DNA of 64,000 nucleotides, from positions 1-64,000 of IMG/VR virus record IMGVR_UViG_3300042256_000013; one strand, 5' to 3'. A program made the translations under genes and the position numbers. This stretch comes from a virus (lineage: Duplodnaviria > Heunggongvirae > Uroviricota > Caudoviricetes). Positions 28,046 through 37,963 of the stretch are shown here, one piece after another; position 1 is the first letter of the stretch; every line of letters begins with the position of its first letter. The notes beneath the pieces are model-generated. The model searched no databases and was not told the origin of the DNA. It saw only the letters and a program-made list of their open reading frames with translations.

Positions 28046-28369
28046 TTACTTGCCTTCGTCTTTGGGCTTAATTTCTTCGAATTCATCATCTTCAGACGAA
28101 GTACGAGTGGCATCTTTACCATCTTGTTCTTCCTGGAGAGTTTCGAATTTGCCCTCGTCCACAATGGACTGGTACTGATAGTACGCAGTGATTCCGAAGT
28201 TCAGAAGAAGAACTCCAAGGACACCGTACACGCCAGCAGAAAACATGCCAAACGCAATGAATACAATGTACATAGGATCGATGTACTTAACATCCTTGAA
28301 GTTTTCGTACATTTCTTTTACAGTACGTTTAGCGACTACTGGAATAATATCTTTGGTATTCTCGTCCAT
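28046..28369 (-). CDS. membrane protein (107 aa) with acidic C-terminal tail
   Basis: Promoter aaaaagtccTTGACG-N17-TATACT upstream at about 28385-28430. Confidence 0.55.
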   Translation of the reverse strand: MDENTKDIIPVVAKRTVKEMYENFKDVKYIDPMYIVFIAFGMFSAGVYGVLGVLLLNFGITAYYQYQSIVDEGKFETLQEEQDGKDATRTSSEDDEFEEIKPKDEGK

Positions 28370-28411
28370 TTTTATTTCCTCTTGTTCAGTTGATATACGT
28401 AGTATACGGGA

Positions 28412-28816
28412 TTATTCAGAGTCCGTCAAGGACTTTTTACGAGCTTTTTCTTCACGGCGAGCGATGCTGGTTTCACGCAGTTTAGTTAACCCGTTGAATA
28501 ATACTGTTGTAATAACAAGAAGGGCAACGTACCCTACGATCATTACACCGAATAAGTCAGCCAGTATTCCGAAAAACCCAGCACTTTCAAAAACAGAAAG
28601 AACTCGCATGATACACCCAAGTACAGTGAATAATGCAATTGGTGCGATAGTTTCAATCAGTGTAACTTTTCCATAAAGGTCTAATGTATTATTAATTACA
28701 TCAGGAACTTTATCGAAACCGAATGACCAATCAATGATCGCCAGTACTATTACACCTACAATGAACCATTGATAATACATGGAGAACGTTGTTGCTAAAT
28801 CCCAAAAACTAATCAT
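28412..28816 (-). CDS. membrane protein (134 aa, 3-4 TM)
   Basis: Hydrophobic helices; basic C-terminus. Confidence 0.5.
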   Translation of the reverse strand: MISFWDLATTFSMYYQWFIVGVIVLAIIDWSFGFDKVPDVINNTLDLYGKVTLIETIAPIALFTVLGCIMRVLSVFESAGFFGILADLFGVMIVGYVALLVITTVLFNGLTKLRETSIARREEKARKKSLTDSE

Positions 28817-29168
28817 GTTTTTTACCTCGTTTAATTAGACAATATTCGCGAACAGAAGACATTATTTGACCAGTAATTAATATTACTGCTAATAACATAC
28901 AGAATGATAACCATGTATTGAATACACAAGCTAACAACCATATGATAAAAACATCTTTAAATACGAGCCAGATTATGGTACTCAATACTGAGCATACTAA
29001 ATGGAAACCGAGAAATGAATTGAATTCTGAATCATCAAACATATCTTCCATATTGTCGTACACATCAGTGCCGAATACCCATGCTAAAAATATTAAAACA
29101 CCTAAACCAACCAAAATAAGTGAAGGTATAAATGAATAGTCATAGATAGTAGTAATAGTACTGATCAT
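28809..29168 (-). CDS. KRGK-tail small membrane protein paralog 1 (119 aa)
   Basis: N-terminus MISTITTIYDYSFIPSLIL..WVFGTDVYD; C-terminus ...CLIKRGKKHD; ATGA-coupled. Confidence 0.6.
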   Translation of the reverse strand: MISTITTIYDYSFIPSLILVGLGVLIFLAWVFGTDVYDNMEDMFDDSEFNSFLGFHLVCSVLSTIIWLVFKDVFIIWLLACVFNTWLSFCMLLAVILITGQIMSSVREYCLIKRGKKHD

Positions 29169-29509
29169 TTTTTACCTCGTTTAGTTAGACAATACTTCCG
29201 TACACAAGACAGTATACGTGCAATATACACTAAGGATGTAACTGCTATTAAGAATGATAACCACGTATTGAAAATACACGCGGCAGGCCACAAGAATTCA
29301 CTATCTTTAAACCATAACCAGATTCCAACACTAATTATAGAACAGATTATATGAATAATAACAAAGAAATTGAAATCATCATCATCAAAGTGTTTTTCAA
29401 TCTTATCGTACATATTTGTACCGAATACCCAAGCAAGTAACACCACAACACCAATTATCATTAAAATTAATGATGGAATAAATGAATAGGGATAGATAGT
29501 ACTGCTCAT
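29165..29509 (-). CDS. KRGK-tail small membrane protein paralog 2 (114 aa)
   Basis: N-terminus MSSTIYPYSFIPSLIL..WVFGTNMYD; C-terminus ...CLTKRGKK. Confidence 0.6.
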   Translation of the reverse strand: MSSTIYPYSFIPSLILMIIGVVVLLAWVFGTNMYDKIEKHFDDDDFNFFVIIHIICSIISVGIWLWFKDSEFLWPAACIFNTWLSFLIAVTSLVYIARILSCVRKYCLTKRGKK

Positions 29510-29850
29510 ATTTTACCTCGTTTGTGTAAGCACCATGCGTTAAATGAGTGCAGTAAATCATAAACTACACGAACACTGTAGACGAACAGTATCAATGAGC
29601 ACCATACGTTCCATACAGCCCAACCATAGATGAAGTACTCAGTGAACATATATCCAATTGCGTTGAATATTAATGTGAACCAGAAATAACCTTTCATGAA
29701 GTCCAAAGAGTTATACCATGCCTTCTTGAAACGATCATACCAGTCCGTACCGAACAACCACATCATGTATACAAACAATGTCAGTGCTACATAGGTAGCT
29801 GATGGCACATAGATGTATTGTTGAATGAATGTCCAGATTGTACTAATCAT
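29506..29850 (-). CDS. KRGK-tail small membrane protein paralog 3 (about 114 aa, start at MISTIW)
   Basis: ATGA overlap with upstream stop; ...WLFGTDWYD; C-terminus ...CLHKRGKI. Confidence 0.55.
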   Translation of the reverse strand: MISTIWTFIQQYIYVPSATYVALTLFVYMMWLFGTDWYDRFKKAWYNSLDFMKGYFWFTLIFNAIGYMFTEYFIYGWAVWNVWCSLILFVYSVRVVYDLLHSFNAWCLHKRGKI

Positions 29851-30188
29851 ATGCGGCGACCCCGTTTGTTTGCAAAGTACTGACGACATTTAGCCAAGTA
29901 CTCAAATATTACTACACATAAAGTACTTAGTATAACAATGATCCACAAAATCATATTGATATACAATGGTGCAATGAATAGATCACCTACAATGAAGTAT
30001 CCTACGACTATCATAATAAGTAATACCACAGACCATATAGTTGTCAAGAATGCAGGCAATCCATCCCCAATCTTAACAATTTTGAAGTAGTAGTCTGCAC
30101 AAGTTAACCAACCTATACTCATAATTACCACTGTTGATAAACCCATTACAAAACAAAGTACTGCTAATACATCAAAGAATACTTGCAT
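29847..30188 (-). CDS. KRGK-tail small membrane protein paralog 4 (113 aa)
   Basis: ...WLTCADYYF...; C-terminus YFANKRGRRI. Confidence 0.55.
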   Translation of the reverse strand: MQVFFDVLAVLCFVMGLSTVVIMSIGWLTCADYYFKIVKIGDGLPAFLTTIWSVVLLIMIVVGYFIVGDLFIAPLYINMILWIIVILSTLCVVIFEYLAKCRQYFANKRGRRI

Positions 30189-30242
30189 GATTGTTTTCTC
30201 TTTTAATAAAGAACTCCCCCTTCGGGGAGTTCTACTTATGTG

Positions 30243-31016
30243 TTATACTTCTTCCATGTACTGGCTACGGTCGTAGATCCAGTCCATATAGGACATAAGG
30301 GAATTACGTTTACGCAGAGTCGGATTAGAACGAATCTCTTGAATAGCTTCATCCCACGTAATAGAAGTACGACCGAGTTCACGAAGAACTTCACGGCAAT
30401 AGTTCTGACCAGAATCACATGCACCTGCACGATTCAGAACGCGTGGATTAATTGTACGGTTCTTGAAGGTACGACCGAGTTTCTGGAATTCTTCGGTAGT
30501 CAGATAACGAAGACTCCGAACAACATCGTGACGTTTTTTCATAATCGCGATACCTTCATCAGTAAAGATGAAGTGCTTGATCGCCGGGTTTGAATTCGTG
30601 CACAAAATATTGTTCAGATCGTGGTAGTTCATAAGACCAAGTGCTTCAACAACTGGAACTGAATCTTGAGTACTGGCAATTGCACGACCGTAATTACGAC
30701 GATTGTATTCATTGTCGAGAATTTCACGAATCACACGGTACGGCATCTGAACTGCTGAGAGTAAATCCCAATCTTCATATTGTGAGATCTGAAGAAGTTC
30801 AAGCCACTGTTCAGTACTGAGATTTGATGGTACAGCACGTTTATTTTTGATCAAAGATTTGATCACGGGTTTCGCCATTTTGAACAGGTAGGTGTTCAGA
30901 ATTTCAGCATCAACACCTTCCAGATCACCAATACGAATTGATTTCCACTGAACGTGTGGGAGTAATGCTTTATCCAGAGTCTGGAGAGTTGCGTCTTCAA
31001 TTTGAAGTTTAATCAT
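30243..31016 (-). CDS. W(D/N)E-module family protein 1 (257 aa)
   Basis: C-terminal module ...CDSGQNYCREVLRELGRTSITWDEAIQEIRSNP...SYMDW shared with 37930-38772, 39379-40170 and 40768-41994. Confidence 0.55.
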   Translation of the reverse strand: MIKLQIEDATLQTLDKALLPHVQWKSIRIGDLEGVDAEILNTYLFKMAKPVIKSLIKNKRAVPSNLSTEQWLELLQISQYEDWDLLSAVQMPYRVIREILDNEYNRRNYGRAIASTQDSVPVVEALGLMNYHDLNNILCTNSNPAIKHFIFTDEGIAIMKKRHDVVRSLRYLTTEEFQKLGRTFKNRTINPRVLNRAGACDSGQNYCREVLRELGRTSITWDEAIQEIRSNPTLRKRNSLMSYMDWIYDRSQYMEEV

Positions 31017-31044
31017 TTTTACAATACCTTTACGAAGTTAAATT

Positions 31045-31383
31045 TTAACGACCACGTTTTTTCCAGAAGTACTTTCTGGATTGTTCGAACCAGTTAATAA
31101 TATTCATTCCGATAAACACAACAATGCAAATCATGTTAACAGTACCCACAATACCAAATGATAAGTTATGAGTAAACTCATCAGTATGTGTTCCAGCTAT
31201 TAATCCTAAAATGTTTATAAAACACCAGAAGAACCATGAAATTGCATTACATATAATGAATATACTAACTAAATCACTATTCAGTTTAAAGTAATAGTTA
31301 GCACCTGTCCAATATCCAACCAGGAAGATAACACAAAAAATCAATACTGAATATGATAATATTTCACATATAGTAAAGAACAT
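31045..31383 (-). CDS. KRGK-tail small membrane protein paralog 5 (112 aa)
   Basis: ...YWTGANYYF...; C-terminus YFWKKRGR; TAATG coupling. Confidence 0.55.
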   Translation of the reverse strand: MFFTICEILSYSVLIFCVIFLVGYWTGANYYFKLNSDLVSIFIICNAISWFFWCFINILGLIAGTHTDEFTHNLSFGIVGTVNMICIVVFIGMNIINWFEQSRKYFWKKRGR

Positions 31384-31730
31384 TATAGTTTACCCCTCTT
31401 TTTGCCGAAGTAATGTTTAAGATCACGGAAACCGTACCAAGTTCCGAATCCTACAATACATGCGTAAACCAGTAATGATAACGCTGTACACCATCCTAAC
31501 CCATAGCGGTATCCTTTGTAAAGGTCTTGCTCAACTAATGTAGCAAGAATTAAATTCACAAGGAAACAACCAGCTTGAGTTCCAAATACAGCATTAAATA
31601 TTTGCTTTATGTATTCTGGTAGATTAGTATAATAATCGGCATATGTCAAGTTCCCGATTAAATAAATTATTGCTGCAACTAACCAGATACTCAAGTTGAT
31701 TGGTGCTAAAAAATTGTACATATCATGCAT
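31383..31730 (-). CDS. KRGK-tail small membrane protein paralog 6 (about 115 aa, start MHDMYNF)
   Basis: AAGGTATAAAACT-ATG; ...LTYADYYT...; C-terminus YFGKKRGKL. Confidence 0.5.
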   Translation of the reverse strand: MHDMYNFLAPINLSIWLVAAIIYLIGNLTYADYYTNLPEYIKQIFNAVFGTQAGCFLVNLILATLVEQDLYKGYRYGLGWCTALSLLVYACIVGFGTWYGFRDLKHYFGKKRGKL

Positions 31731-31734
31731 AGTT

Positions 31735-32058
31735 TTATACCTTATTTCGTTTTCGACCGAAGTACTGGCGAAGTATTGAAGCATTCAGGCAGAACAACAA
31801 TATCATGTTCAATGATAATGTAACCCCGAACATCTTACACAAATTGAGATACATTTCAATATTGAAGCCTTTATCAAAACCAGTTATAACAAAGAGAACC
31901 CCAACTACTCCGAATGCAATAATCGTAAACTCTTTGAAGTCCTTTATGAACTTCTTGTTAAACTTATCATAATAATCGGCATAAGTTAAGTACCCTACAT
32001 AAAGTACTACGCCGAAGACGATCCATAAATGAGTGAGGATAAACCCATAAATTAACAT
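31735..32058 (-). CDS. KRGK-tail small membrane protein paralog 7 (107 aa)
   Basis: ...YLTYADYYD...; C-terminus YFGRKRNKV. Confidence 0.55.
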   Translation of the reverse strand: MLIYGFILTHLWIVFGVVLYVGYLTYADYYDKFNKKFIKDFKEFTIIAFGVVGVLFVITGFDKGFNIEMYLNLCKMFGVTLSLNMILLFCLNASILRQYFGRKRNKV

Positions 32059-32069
32059 TCAAATACTCC

Positions 32070-32858
32070 TTATGATTCTAAGCAGACTTTCTCTGCATGT
32101 TTTTCCCACTTATTGGGGAACTGAGTATACAAGCCAGCTAACTGTACTGGCATACGTAATGATGGCATACGTAACTTATCGCAGTTCTGAAGCATGAAGT
32201 TCAGGATTTCATCAGCACCTTTTTGATTTACGCCAAGATCCTTTACGATGTTAGTAGTACGCATGATGTTTTCAATATGAATCATTACACTTTCATTGTC
32301 ATGGATTTCCAGGTCAATGAACGCACCACGAGTCATAAGAGCACATACATGCGGAGCCAATGCACTACGACCTTTAGAAACCTTTACTAAGTCTTTGTTC
32401 GTAATGAATACTACTTTACCGTTGAACTCGAACTGAGTAGGAATTCCATTATCACGAAGTACCTGAGAAGAACTCATGTACGTAATGATACGTTTATCAT
32501 CGGATTCCAAAGATGCTTTCAGAAGGTTCAACTTATCTTCAGTATCGAATACATCCACATCATCAAGTAACAGTACTGAACCTGTATGACGTGCATTATA
32601 CAACGCCTGGTATAAACCTAAACCAGTACATTTACCATTAAGATAAAAGTAGTTACAGAAACCCGTATCATGTGCTTCTTCTAAACGCTTAATGACATTG
32701 TATGATTTACCAATACCACTTGCACCCGTAACAGTCATTGACTTGATCGGGTTGAACGGATTCAGGACACACTCTAACATGTCCATCATTGCGTCGAAGT
32801 TTTCTGCGATACGTTGTTTCAGTTTTTCACGATGTAAAGACATATTGACCTCTCTCAC
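32070..32858 (-). CDS. P-loop NTPase (AAA-like ATPase)
   Basis: Walker A GASGIGKS and Walker B LLLDDVD. Confidence 0.65.
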   Translation of the reverse strand: MREVNMSLHREKLKQRIAENFDAMMDMLECVLNPFNPIKSMTVTGASGIGKSYNVIKRLEEAHDTGFCNYFYLNGKCTGLGLYQALYNARHTGSVLLLDDVDVFDTEDKLNLLKASLESDDKRIITYMSSSQVLRDNGIPTQFEFNGKVVFITNKDLVKVSKGRSALAPHVCALMTRGAFIDLEIHDNESVMIHIENIMRTTNIVKDLGVNQKGADEILNFMLQNCDKLRMPSLRMPVQLAGLYTQFPNKWEKHAEKVCLES

Positions 32859-32939
32859 TTAACGAAGACAATTGTATCATTTATCTCATGGCACGTCAAG
32901 CCCAAAACGAAAAAAGGGAGCACCCGGCTCCCTTTTCTT

Positions 32940-33950
32940 TTAGGCGATCAATGCTTTGAACGCTTGAACAATTTTCTGCCACCAGGTCAACTCTTCTGGA
33001 ACAATAACAATATGTTGCTCCTGTACCTTCTGCTGTACCTTCTGCTGCATCTCGTCGGATTGTTTTGCAATACTTGCAAGATTCTGCTTACGGATAGCAG
33101 CACGGCGTTCAGTAATTGCAGTCTGTCCTAAGTTATACACTGATGTTTGAATTTTTTGATGAACAATATTCAAGAAATCATCAGCCGTCATTTTCCGCCT
33201 GTTATACATTTTGTACACTGAGAAGTCAATGTTCGGATTTTGAATCCGGTACTTATGTTCACGCTCAATAATCATTACAACCAATGCATTAATAAGTTCA
33301 TCCCATGCATAGTTATTATAACGAGTTAGCAACACATCATTCGTGAAGTTATAACTGTTATTGGGCGAGTTAACGCTACGAACGAACTTGCCATTTTTCA
33401 TATACATCTCAATGAGATGGTTACGAAGGAACGGAGGGAACACTGAGCCTTTAGCTAAGTGCTCAATATCTTTCATCGATCCCAAATTCTTCTGGAAATC
33501 AATATAACAGAAGTTTTGTACCAATGAGGATGCATAATTGTACGGATTACGACCTAATGATACTTGTTCTTTGAACCATTGTTTAAACTCTGAGTACTCG
33601 GCGAATGCATTACCACGAGCAATGTTACAACGTTCGCACAACAAATGTTGGTTATCAATCTGGTTTGTGCCGTCTAATGACTTAAGAATATCATGATCCA
33701 TAGTCATAGATTTCTGGCGTTTTTTGTGTTTATGCGAAGATACCAGTACTAAACCATTTTCCGGGTGAACCATGAAGTACAGAGAATCGTCTCCACAACA
33801 ATCACACTTTAACCCATCACGTTTAGCTAAATTAATAAGCATCAAAGTTCCGCTGGTGATCTTGATGTGTTTGCGAACTTCTTCAGTATTGTCAAGTACA
33901 TACTGAGCTTTTACTTTCAGATTATTCAGTCTCGTTGCTAATATATTCAT
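32940..33950 (-). CDS. HNH endonuclease-domain protein (336 aa)
   Basis: CDCCG...H..DH....L....N...N.HLLCERCN (HNH/zinc finger) plus unknown C-terminal domain. Confidence 0.65.
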   Translation of the reverse strand: MNILATRLNNLKVKAQYVLDNTEEVRKHIKITSGTLMLINLAKRDGLKCDCCGDDSLYFMVHPENGLVLVSSHKHKKRQKSMTMDHDILKSLDGTNQIDNQHLLCERCNIARGNAFAEYSEFKQWFKEQVSLGRNPYNYASSLVQNFCYIDFQKNLGSMKDIEHLAKGSVFPPFLRNHLIEMYMKNGKFVRSVNSPNNSYNFTNDVLLTRYNNYAWDELINALVVMIIEREHKYRIQNPNIDFSVYKMYNRRKMTADDFLNIVHQKIQTSVYNLGQTAITERRAAIRKQNLASIAKQSDEMQQKVQQKVQEQHIVIVPEELTWWQKIVQAFKALIA

Positions 33951-34043
33951 GTAGATTCTCTCTTAAAATTTACAGGGAGGATTTGTTTCAGTACAGAAAT
34001 AATAGCAAAAAGCTCGACTCACGTCAAGCTCTTTTTTTATGTC

Positions 34044-34388
34044 CTACTCAGGTTTTATTGTGTCACGGAATGCAATAAGGGCATTTACAATCTTAATGGC
34101 TACAAATGTAAGAACGAAAACCAATACACTAACCAAGAACATAAAACCGAGTGGAGTTAGTTCATTATGACGGACATTTATTGCTAATTGAAAGACCATT
34201 AACGCTAATGAAGCTAATAACCACATACCTGATAACATATTACTTTCAAAACTTGAAAAGAAGTATTTCTCAATAAGTGTATGACGTTTAAAATAGAAAA
34301 GTATCCATCCAATACAAATGTATATAATGAATACACCTAATCCAAAAGGTGCAACAACGTTAGATATATCAATGATTGTTTGCATCAT
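34044..34388 (-). CDS. membrane protein (114 aa)
   Basis: 3-4 TM helices. Confidence 0.5.
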   Translation of the reverse strand: MMQTIIDISNVVAPFGLGVFIIYICIGWILFYFKRHTLIEKYFFSSFESNMLSGMWLLASLALMVFQLAINVRHNELTPLGFMFLVSVLVFVLTFVAIKIVNALIAFRDTIKPE

Positions 34389-34627
34389 TATGATTCCTCC
34401 CCAAATGGAGAACGAAGTTTCTTGTTACGTTCACAACGCAATTTCATACATGCATGAGCAATATTCATAGCTACATCACTGTAAAGAAGTTCAGCAATTT
34501 CAGCACGAGTATAGCCCTTTGCAATCAACGAATTAAATGTATCTTGAACGACTTTAGAAAAAGCCTTAGCTTCTTCCTCATTGAGTAATGATCCGTTCTG
34601 TAAAAGATCTTTGTTGTGATCTTCCAT
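34388..34627 (-). CDS. hypothetical protein (79 aa)
   Basis: TAATG-type overlap with upstream stop. Confidence 0.45.
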   Translation of the reverse strand: MEDHNKDLLQNGSLLNEEEAKAFSKVVQDTFNSLIAKGYTRAEIAELLYSDVAMNIAHACMKLRCERNKKLRSPFGEES

Positions 34628-34651
34628 AGTACTATCCTCATTTAAATGAAT

Positions 34652-34678
34652 AAGCCCAACAATGTTGGGCTTTTTTTG
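34652..34678. terminator. intrinsic terminator (AAGCCCAACAATGTTGGGCTT + T7)
   Basis: Perfect hairpin with T-run on plus and A-run on the other side. Confidence 0.6.
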
Positions 34679-35065
34679 TTAGATAATCATATCAGGATGG
34701 TGTTTGCGAATGCTCGCAACAACATGATTGATAGGTGCATTAAAGGTTGCATTACCTTTGCGAAGAACCATATTGGTCTGTTTCATACCAATAAGTTCAT
34801 AGTCTTCATTTGCATATTTAATTACTGCACCGCACACTTCGTCTTTCAAATTGTACAGTACTGCATTAGCACGAAGTTTAGCCATCTCTTTAGTGTCGCC
34901 CCCTTCAAAGGTTGCGGAGAGTTTCATTTCGAAACCGTTCTCACTGAAAGTACAACGCCCACGGGCAAGTTTATCTAAACCATGTTTAGTAGCGAGAACA
35001 TTAAGTACTGCATCAAGGTCAATATTGAACGCAGCAATTTTAGCACGGATTTCTGTATCTGACAT
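34679..35065 (-). CDS. hypothetical protein (128 aa)
   Basis: ORF only. Confidence 0.5.
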   Translation of the reverse strand: MSDTEIRAKIAAFNIDLDAVLNVLATKHGLDKLARGRCTFSENGFEMKLSATFEGGDTKEMAKLRANAVLYNLKDEVCGAVIKYANEDYELIGMKQTNMVLRKGNATFNAPINHVVASIRKHHPDMII

Positions 35066-35135
35066 GATTGGTACTCCTTTTTAAAGTACATCCATTATAG
35101 CAAAAAGGGCTGACACCTGTCAACCCTTTTATTTG

Positions 35136-35408
35136 TTATTGTTCACGTTTTACATCATTTAACTTCGGCATCTCTTGCACAACAGTAAATGAATGGAGTG
35201 GTGTTTTTTTGTCTTTTGTGTTATAAACTTTTCCGACATTACGTTCAAAGATTATCATAAGTGTATTATCTTGACTTACGAAAATTCGATGTTCATCAGT
35301 ACTGAAAGCTTTTACAAAATGAAACCCTTGAGATTTTAACAATCCAGCAAGGTCTGACATTTTTACGCTATTCCAATTTTTAATAACATTCATATCTGAA
35401 CGGATCAT
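35136..35408 (-). CDS. hypothetical protein (90 aa)
   Basis: ORF only. Confidence 0.45.
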   Translation of the reverse strand: MIRSDMNVIKNWNSVKMSDLAGLLKSQGFHFVKAFSTDEHRIFVSQDNTLMIIFERNVGKVYNTKDKKTPLHSFTVVQEMPKLNDVKREQ

Positions 35409-35442
35409 AATTAATATCCTTTATTAATTTGTTTTCTGTATG

Positions 35443-35598
35443 TTATTTATTCTCCATACAAATGTTAACGAGTTCAGATACGGGCAATGTTAGATCAAAT
35501 GTGCCGATATTATCTGAACAAAAGCGAATGGCATTACCAATATCAGTACCATTTTGTTGTAATTCTTTAAGACGAGTAATAATTTGTTGGTATATCAT
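35443..35598 (-). CDS. small protein (about 51 aa, MIYQQIITRLKELQQNGTDIGNAIRF...)
   Basis: ATGA overlap with the stop of 35595-35858; not in ORF track. Confidence 0.35.
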   Translation of the reverse strand: MIYQQIITRLKELQQNGTDIGNAIRFCSDNIGTFDLTLPVSELVNICMENK

Positions 35599-35858
35599 TT
35601 AAGCTTCCCAATAATATCATAGTACTCTAAATTAATAAGGTACAATACGTAATCAATGAACTTAATTTCGTCATCATACCTAGAGCGTACTTGAGCTTTC
35701 TCAGTTTCAGATTTAGCATTCCGAAGTTCCTTGTTACGGGTCTTCTGTAGAAGTACTAACTTTTCTTTTAACTGCTGAATAGTACTGTTAACCTCATGGC
35801 GAGTTTTCCATGAAGCCTTATACTTATTCATTGCTGCTGTCACGCTCCGTTTCATCAC
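35595..35858 (-). CDS. hypothetical coiled-coil protein (87 aa)
   Basis: ORF only. Confidence 0.45.
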   Translation of the reverse strand: MMKRSVTAAMNKYKASWKTRHEVNSTIQQLKEKLVLLQKTRNKELRNAKSETEKAQVRSRYDDEIKFIDYVLYLINLEYYDIIGKLK

Positions 35859-36039
35859 ATTTCACCTTAGATACATATTTCATCTTGTAGTACATATTAT
35901 TTAGACGTACTTCATAGATAGCATCAGCTATTAGGTCATCAGCTTCCTGTTCAGTTTGAGCACAAATTTGAATAGGAATCTCTTCATAATCATCTTCGCC
36001 GGGCTTTAATCCTTTTAGAAGTACGCTATATACTAACAT
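35824..36039 (-). CDS. hypothetical acidic protein (71 aa)
   Basis: ORF only. Confidence 0.4.
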   Translation of the reverse strand: MLVYSVLLKGLKPGEDDYEEIPIQICAQTEQEADDLIADAIYEVRLNNMYYKMKYVSKVKCDETERDSSNE

Positions 36040-36055
36040 GAAATGTTATCCTCTG

Positions 36056-36373
36056 TCAAGCAGATTTTACGTCAAAATAGTGTTTAATGAGCATTTCCAT
36101 ATACCACACTGATCCTATCATAATAACGATATTAATGCAAAAATCAGCAGAAGCATTCTTAATGAAAAATTCATTAAAGAAGTTAACAGCACCAATAAAA
36201 AGTAATGTATAGGATGCGTAACTATCCATCTGCCATTTAATTCTGAACTCTTTTTCATTTAAATTCTTATTGAAAAAGGTTTGAACCATTAAACTGAGAT
36301 TAGAATACAAAAATAAAAGTACTCCGAATATTGTTATAGCAAAAATTGTGTTAATAAACATTTTAATTTCCAT
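36056..36373 (-). CDS. membrane protein (105 aa)
   Basis: Hydrophobic helices. Confidence 0.45.
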   Translation of the reverse strand: MEIKMFINTIFAITIFGVLLFLYSNLSLMVQTFFNKNLNEKEFRIKWQMDSYASYTLLFIGAVNFFNEFFIKNASADFCINIVIMIGSVWYMEMLIKHYFDVKSA

Positions 36374-36408
36374 ATAAAAAGGGATACCTAAGTATCCCTA
36401 AATTTTAA

Positions 36409-37611
36409 TTACATAAACCCTGAACTAGTCATACCATCAGTTGCACGTTCATTCATAACTTCAGCAAGTGACTGATGTTCTGCGGTACATACTTGAACAT
36501 CAAGACCAAGGAACTCACGAACATTGAACTGTTGTTGTTCTTCGAGTTTAAGGAACTCCAAAGTTTTGAAGCAACGACCTGGACGAATCAATGCACTATC
36601 AATATCGGATAGATTTTTGATGTTCGTACTGATAATGATCTTAACATCAGGAGAGGCAAGCCCTTCTGCTGCGTTCAACAATCCAGCCATAATATCGTTA
36701 CCTTCTTCACGAGAATACAAGTGACGATCCACATCTTCAAAGATGAAAATATCTTTGTGTTTAGATGTATAGATGTTGTTAACGAGTTCAGGAGAGTTCA
36801 TTACCCCTGGAGTATCGATAACACTAATGGTACGTTCACCGTCGAAACCGATGCCTTGCAACATACGTTTAATGAACGTAGTTTTACCAGTACCTGGATC
36901 ACCGTACAGTACTAATACATTCGGAGAAGCAGCCATGAAGGCACGGGCGAAGTCTTCTGGTGATTCATCGAACCACGGATACATGATATTCGCTGGCATA
37001 TTGATTTTTGGTGCATTGAACAGGATACTATTCTCTACCATGTTTCCACGGTTATCCATACTTAGACGAGTGAGAATTGGAGTTTCGTTGATGTTCTCAC
37101 GATTGTTAATAGCAGCTTTGAACTCATCTGCTAAAGAAATATCCAACATGAATGAAAATCCAAATGTTTTATCTGTACAGTAGCTGAATTCAATACAACC
37201 ATGAACTTCGGTTTCACTATAGATAAGTTCACGTAATCCCATACTAATAACACCCAGGTTATGTTCTTCGCAGAACTTCTGGATTACATCTTTATAGGTT
37301 TTCTTTCCTTCCTTTTCATTTTCACTGACATAATAGATAACCTCGCTATGTGAGTTAATGAAATGAGAAGCCAGTTTATAACGAACTACATCTCGAAAAT
37401 TTAAACTATTTGAATATTCAAGAGATGCTTGAACAATATCTTTTACTTGTTCACGTACAGATTGGGTTAAATTAGGCATAACGGGTAGTTCTATCCTCGG
37501 AACGGGGTTTAAATCTATTTGGGTGCGTTGGTGTTGGGGTGTTGATTCTTTTATGAAAACTACACCTGGACCACTTGATAAAATGGTAGATATTTTTTTA
37601 TAATTACTCAT
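36409..37611 (-). CDS. AAA+ ATPase (400 aa)
   Basis: Walker A LYGDPGTGKTTF, Walker B IFIFEDVD, sensor-2-like RPGRCF. Confidence 0.7.
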   Translation of the reverse strand: MSNYKKISTILSSGPGVVFIKESTPQHQRTQIDLNPVPRIELPVMPNLTQSVREQVKDIVQASLEYSNSLNFRDVVRYKLASHFINSHSEVIYYVSENEKEGKKTYKDVIQKFCEEHNLGVISMGLRELIYSETEVHGCIEFSYCTDKTFGFSFMLDISLADEFKAAINNRENINETPILTRLSMDNRGNMVENSILFNAPKINMPANIMYPWFDESPEDFARAFMAASPNVLVLYGDPGTGKTTFIKRMLQGIGFDGERTISVIDTPGVMNSPELVNNIYTSKHKDIFIFEDVDRHLYSREEGNDIMAGLLNAAEGLASPDVKIIISTNIKNLSDIDSALIRPGRCFKTLEFLKLEEQQQFNVREFLGLDVQVCTAEHQSLAEVMNERATDGMTSSGFM

Positions 37612-37963
37612 TATCTTTCTTTAAGTCTGGTACTTTCCATTTGTAATAAAGGTAAGTACTGATACCGTAAATTGTTATATACCACAACCAGAATAATCCT
37701 GCGGATATTACCTGGAAACGAGTTACGAAGTTACCGAATAGTAGTCCACAGAACCACAAAACGATAAGTGTATAAAATGGGATTACATACAGGTATGGCG
37801 ATAATCCCACGACAACAGTCATTGTGGAACCCCACAATGACTTACGTTGTTGGAATTTGGTTACATACAAATCGAACAGGAATAAACTGTTAATCAATGT
37901 AGTACCAACTACAAAACCAAAGAGTGTCATTAATTTAAGCCTAAGATGGCGTGTGACCACCAC
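37604..37963 (-). CDS. membrane protein (119 aa, 3 TM)
   Basis: Hydrophobic helices. Confidence 0.45.
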   Translation of the reverse strand: MVVTRHLRLKLMTLFGFVVGTTLINSLFLFDLYVTKFQQRKSLWGSTMTVVVGLSPYLYVIPFYTLIVLWFCGLLFGNFVTRFQVISAGLFWLWYITIYGISTYLYYKWKVPDLKKDNE

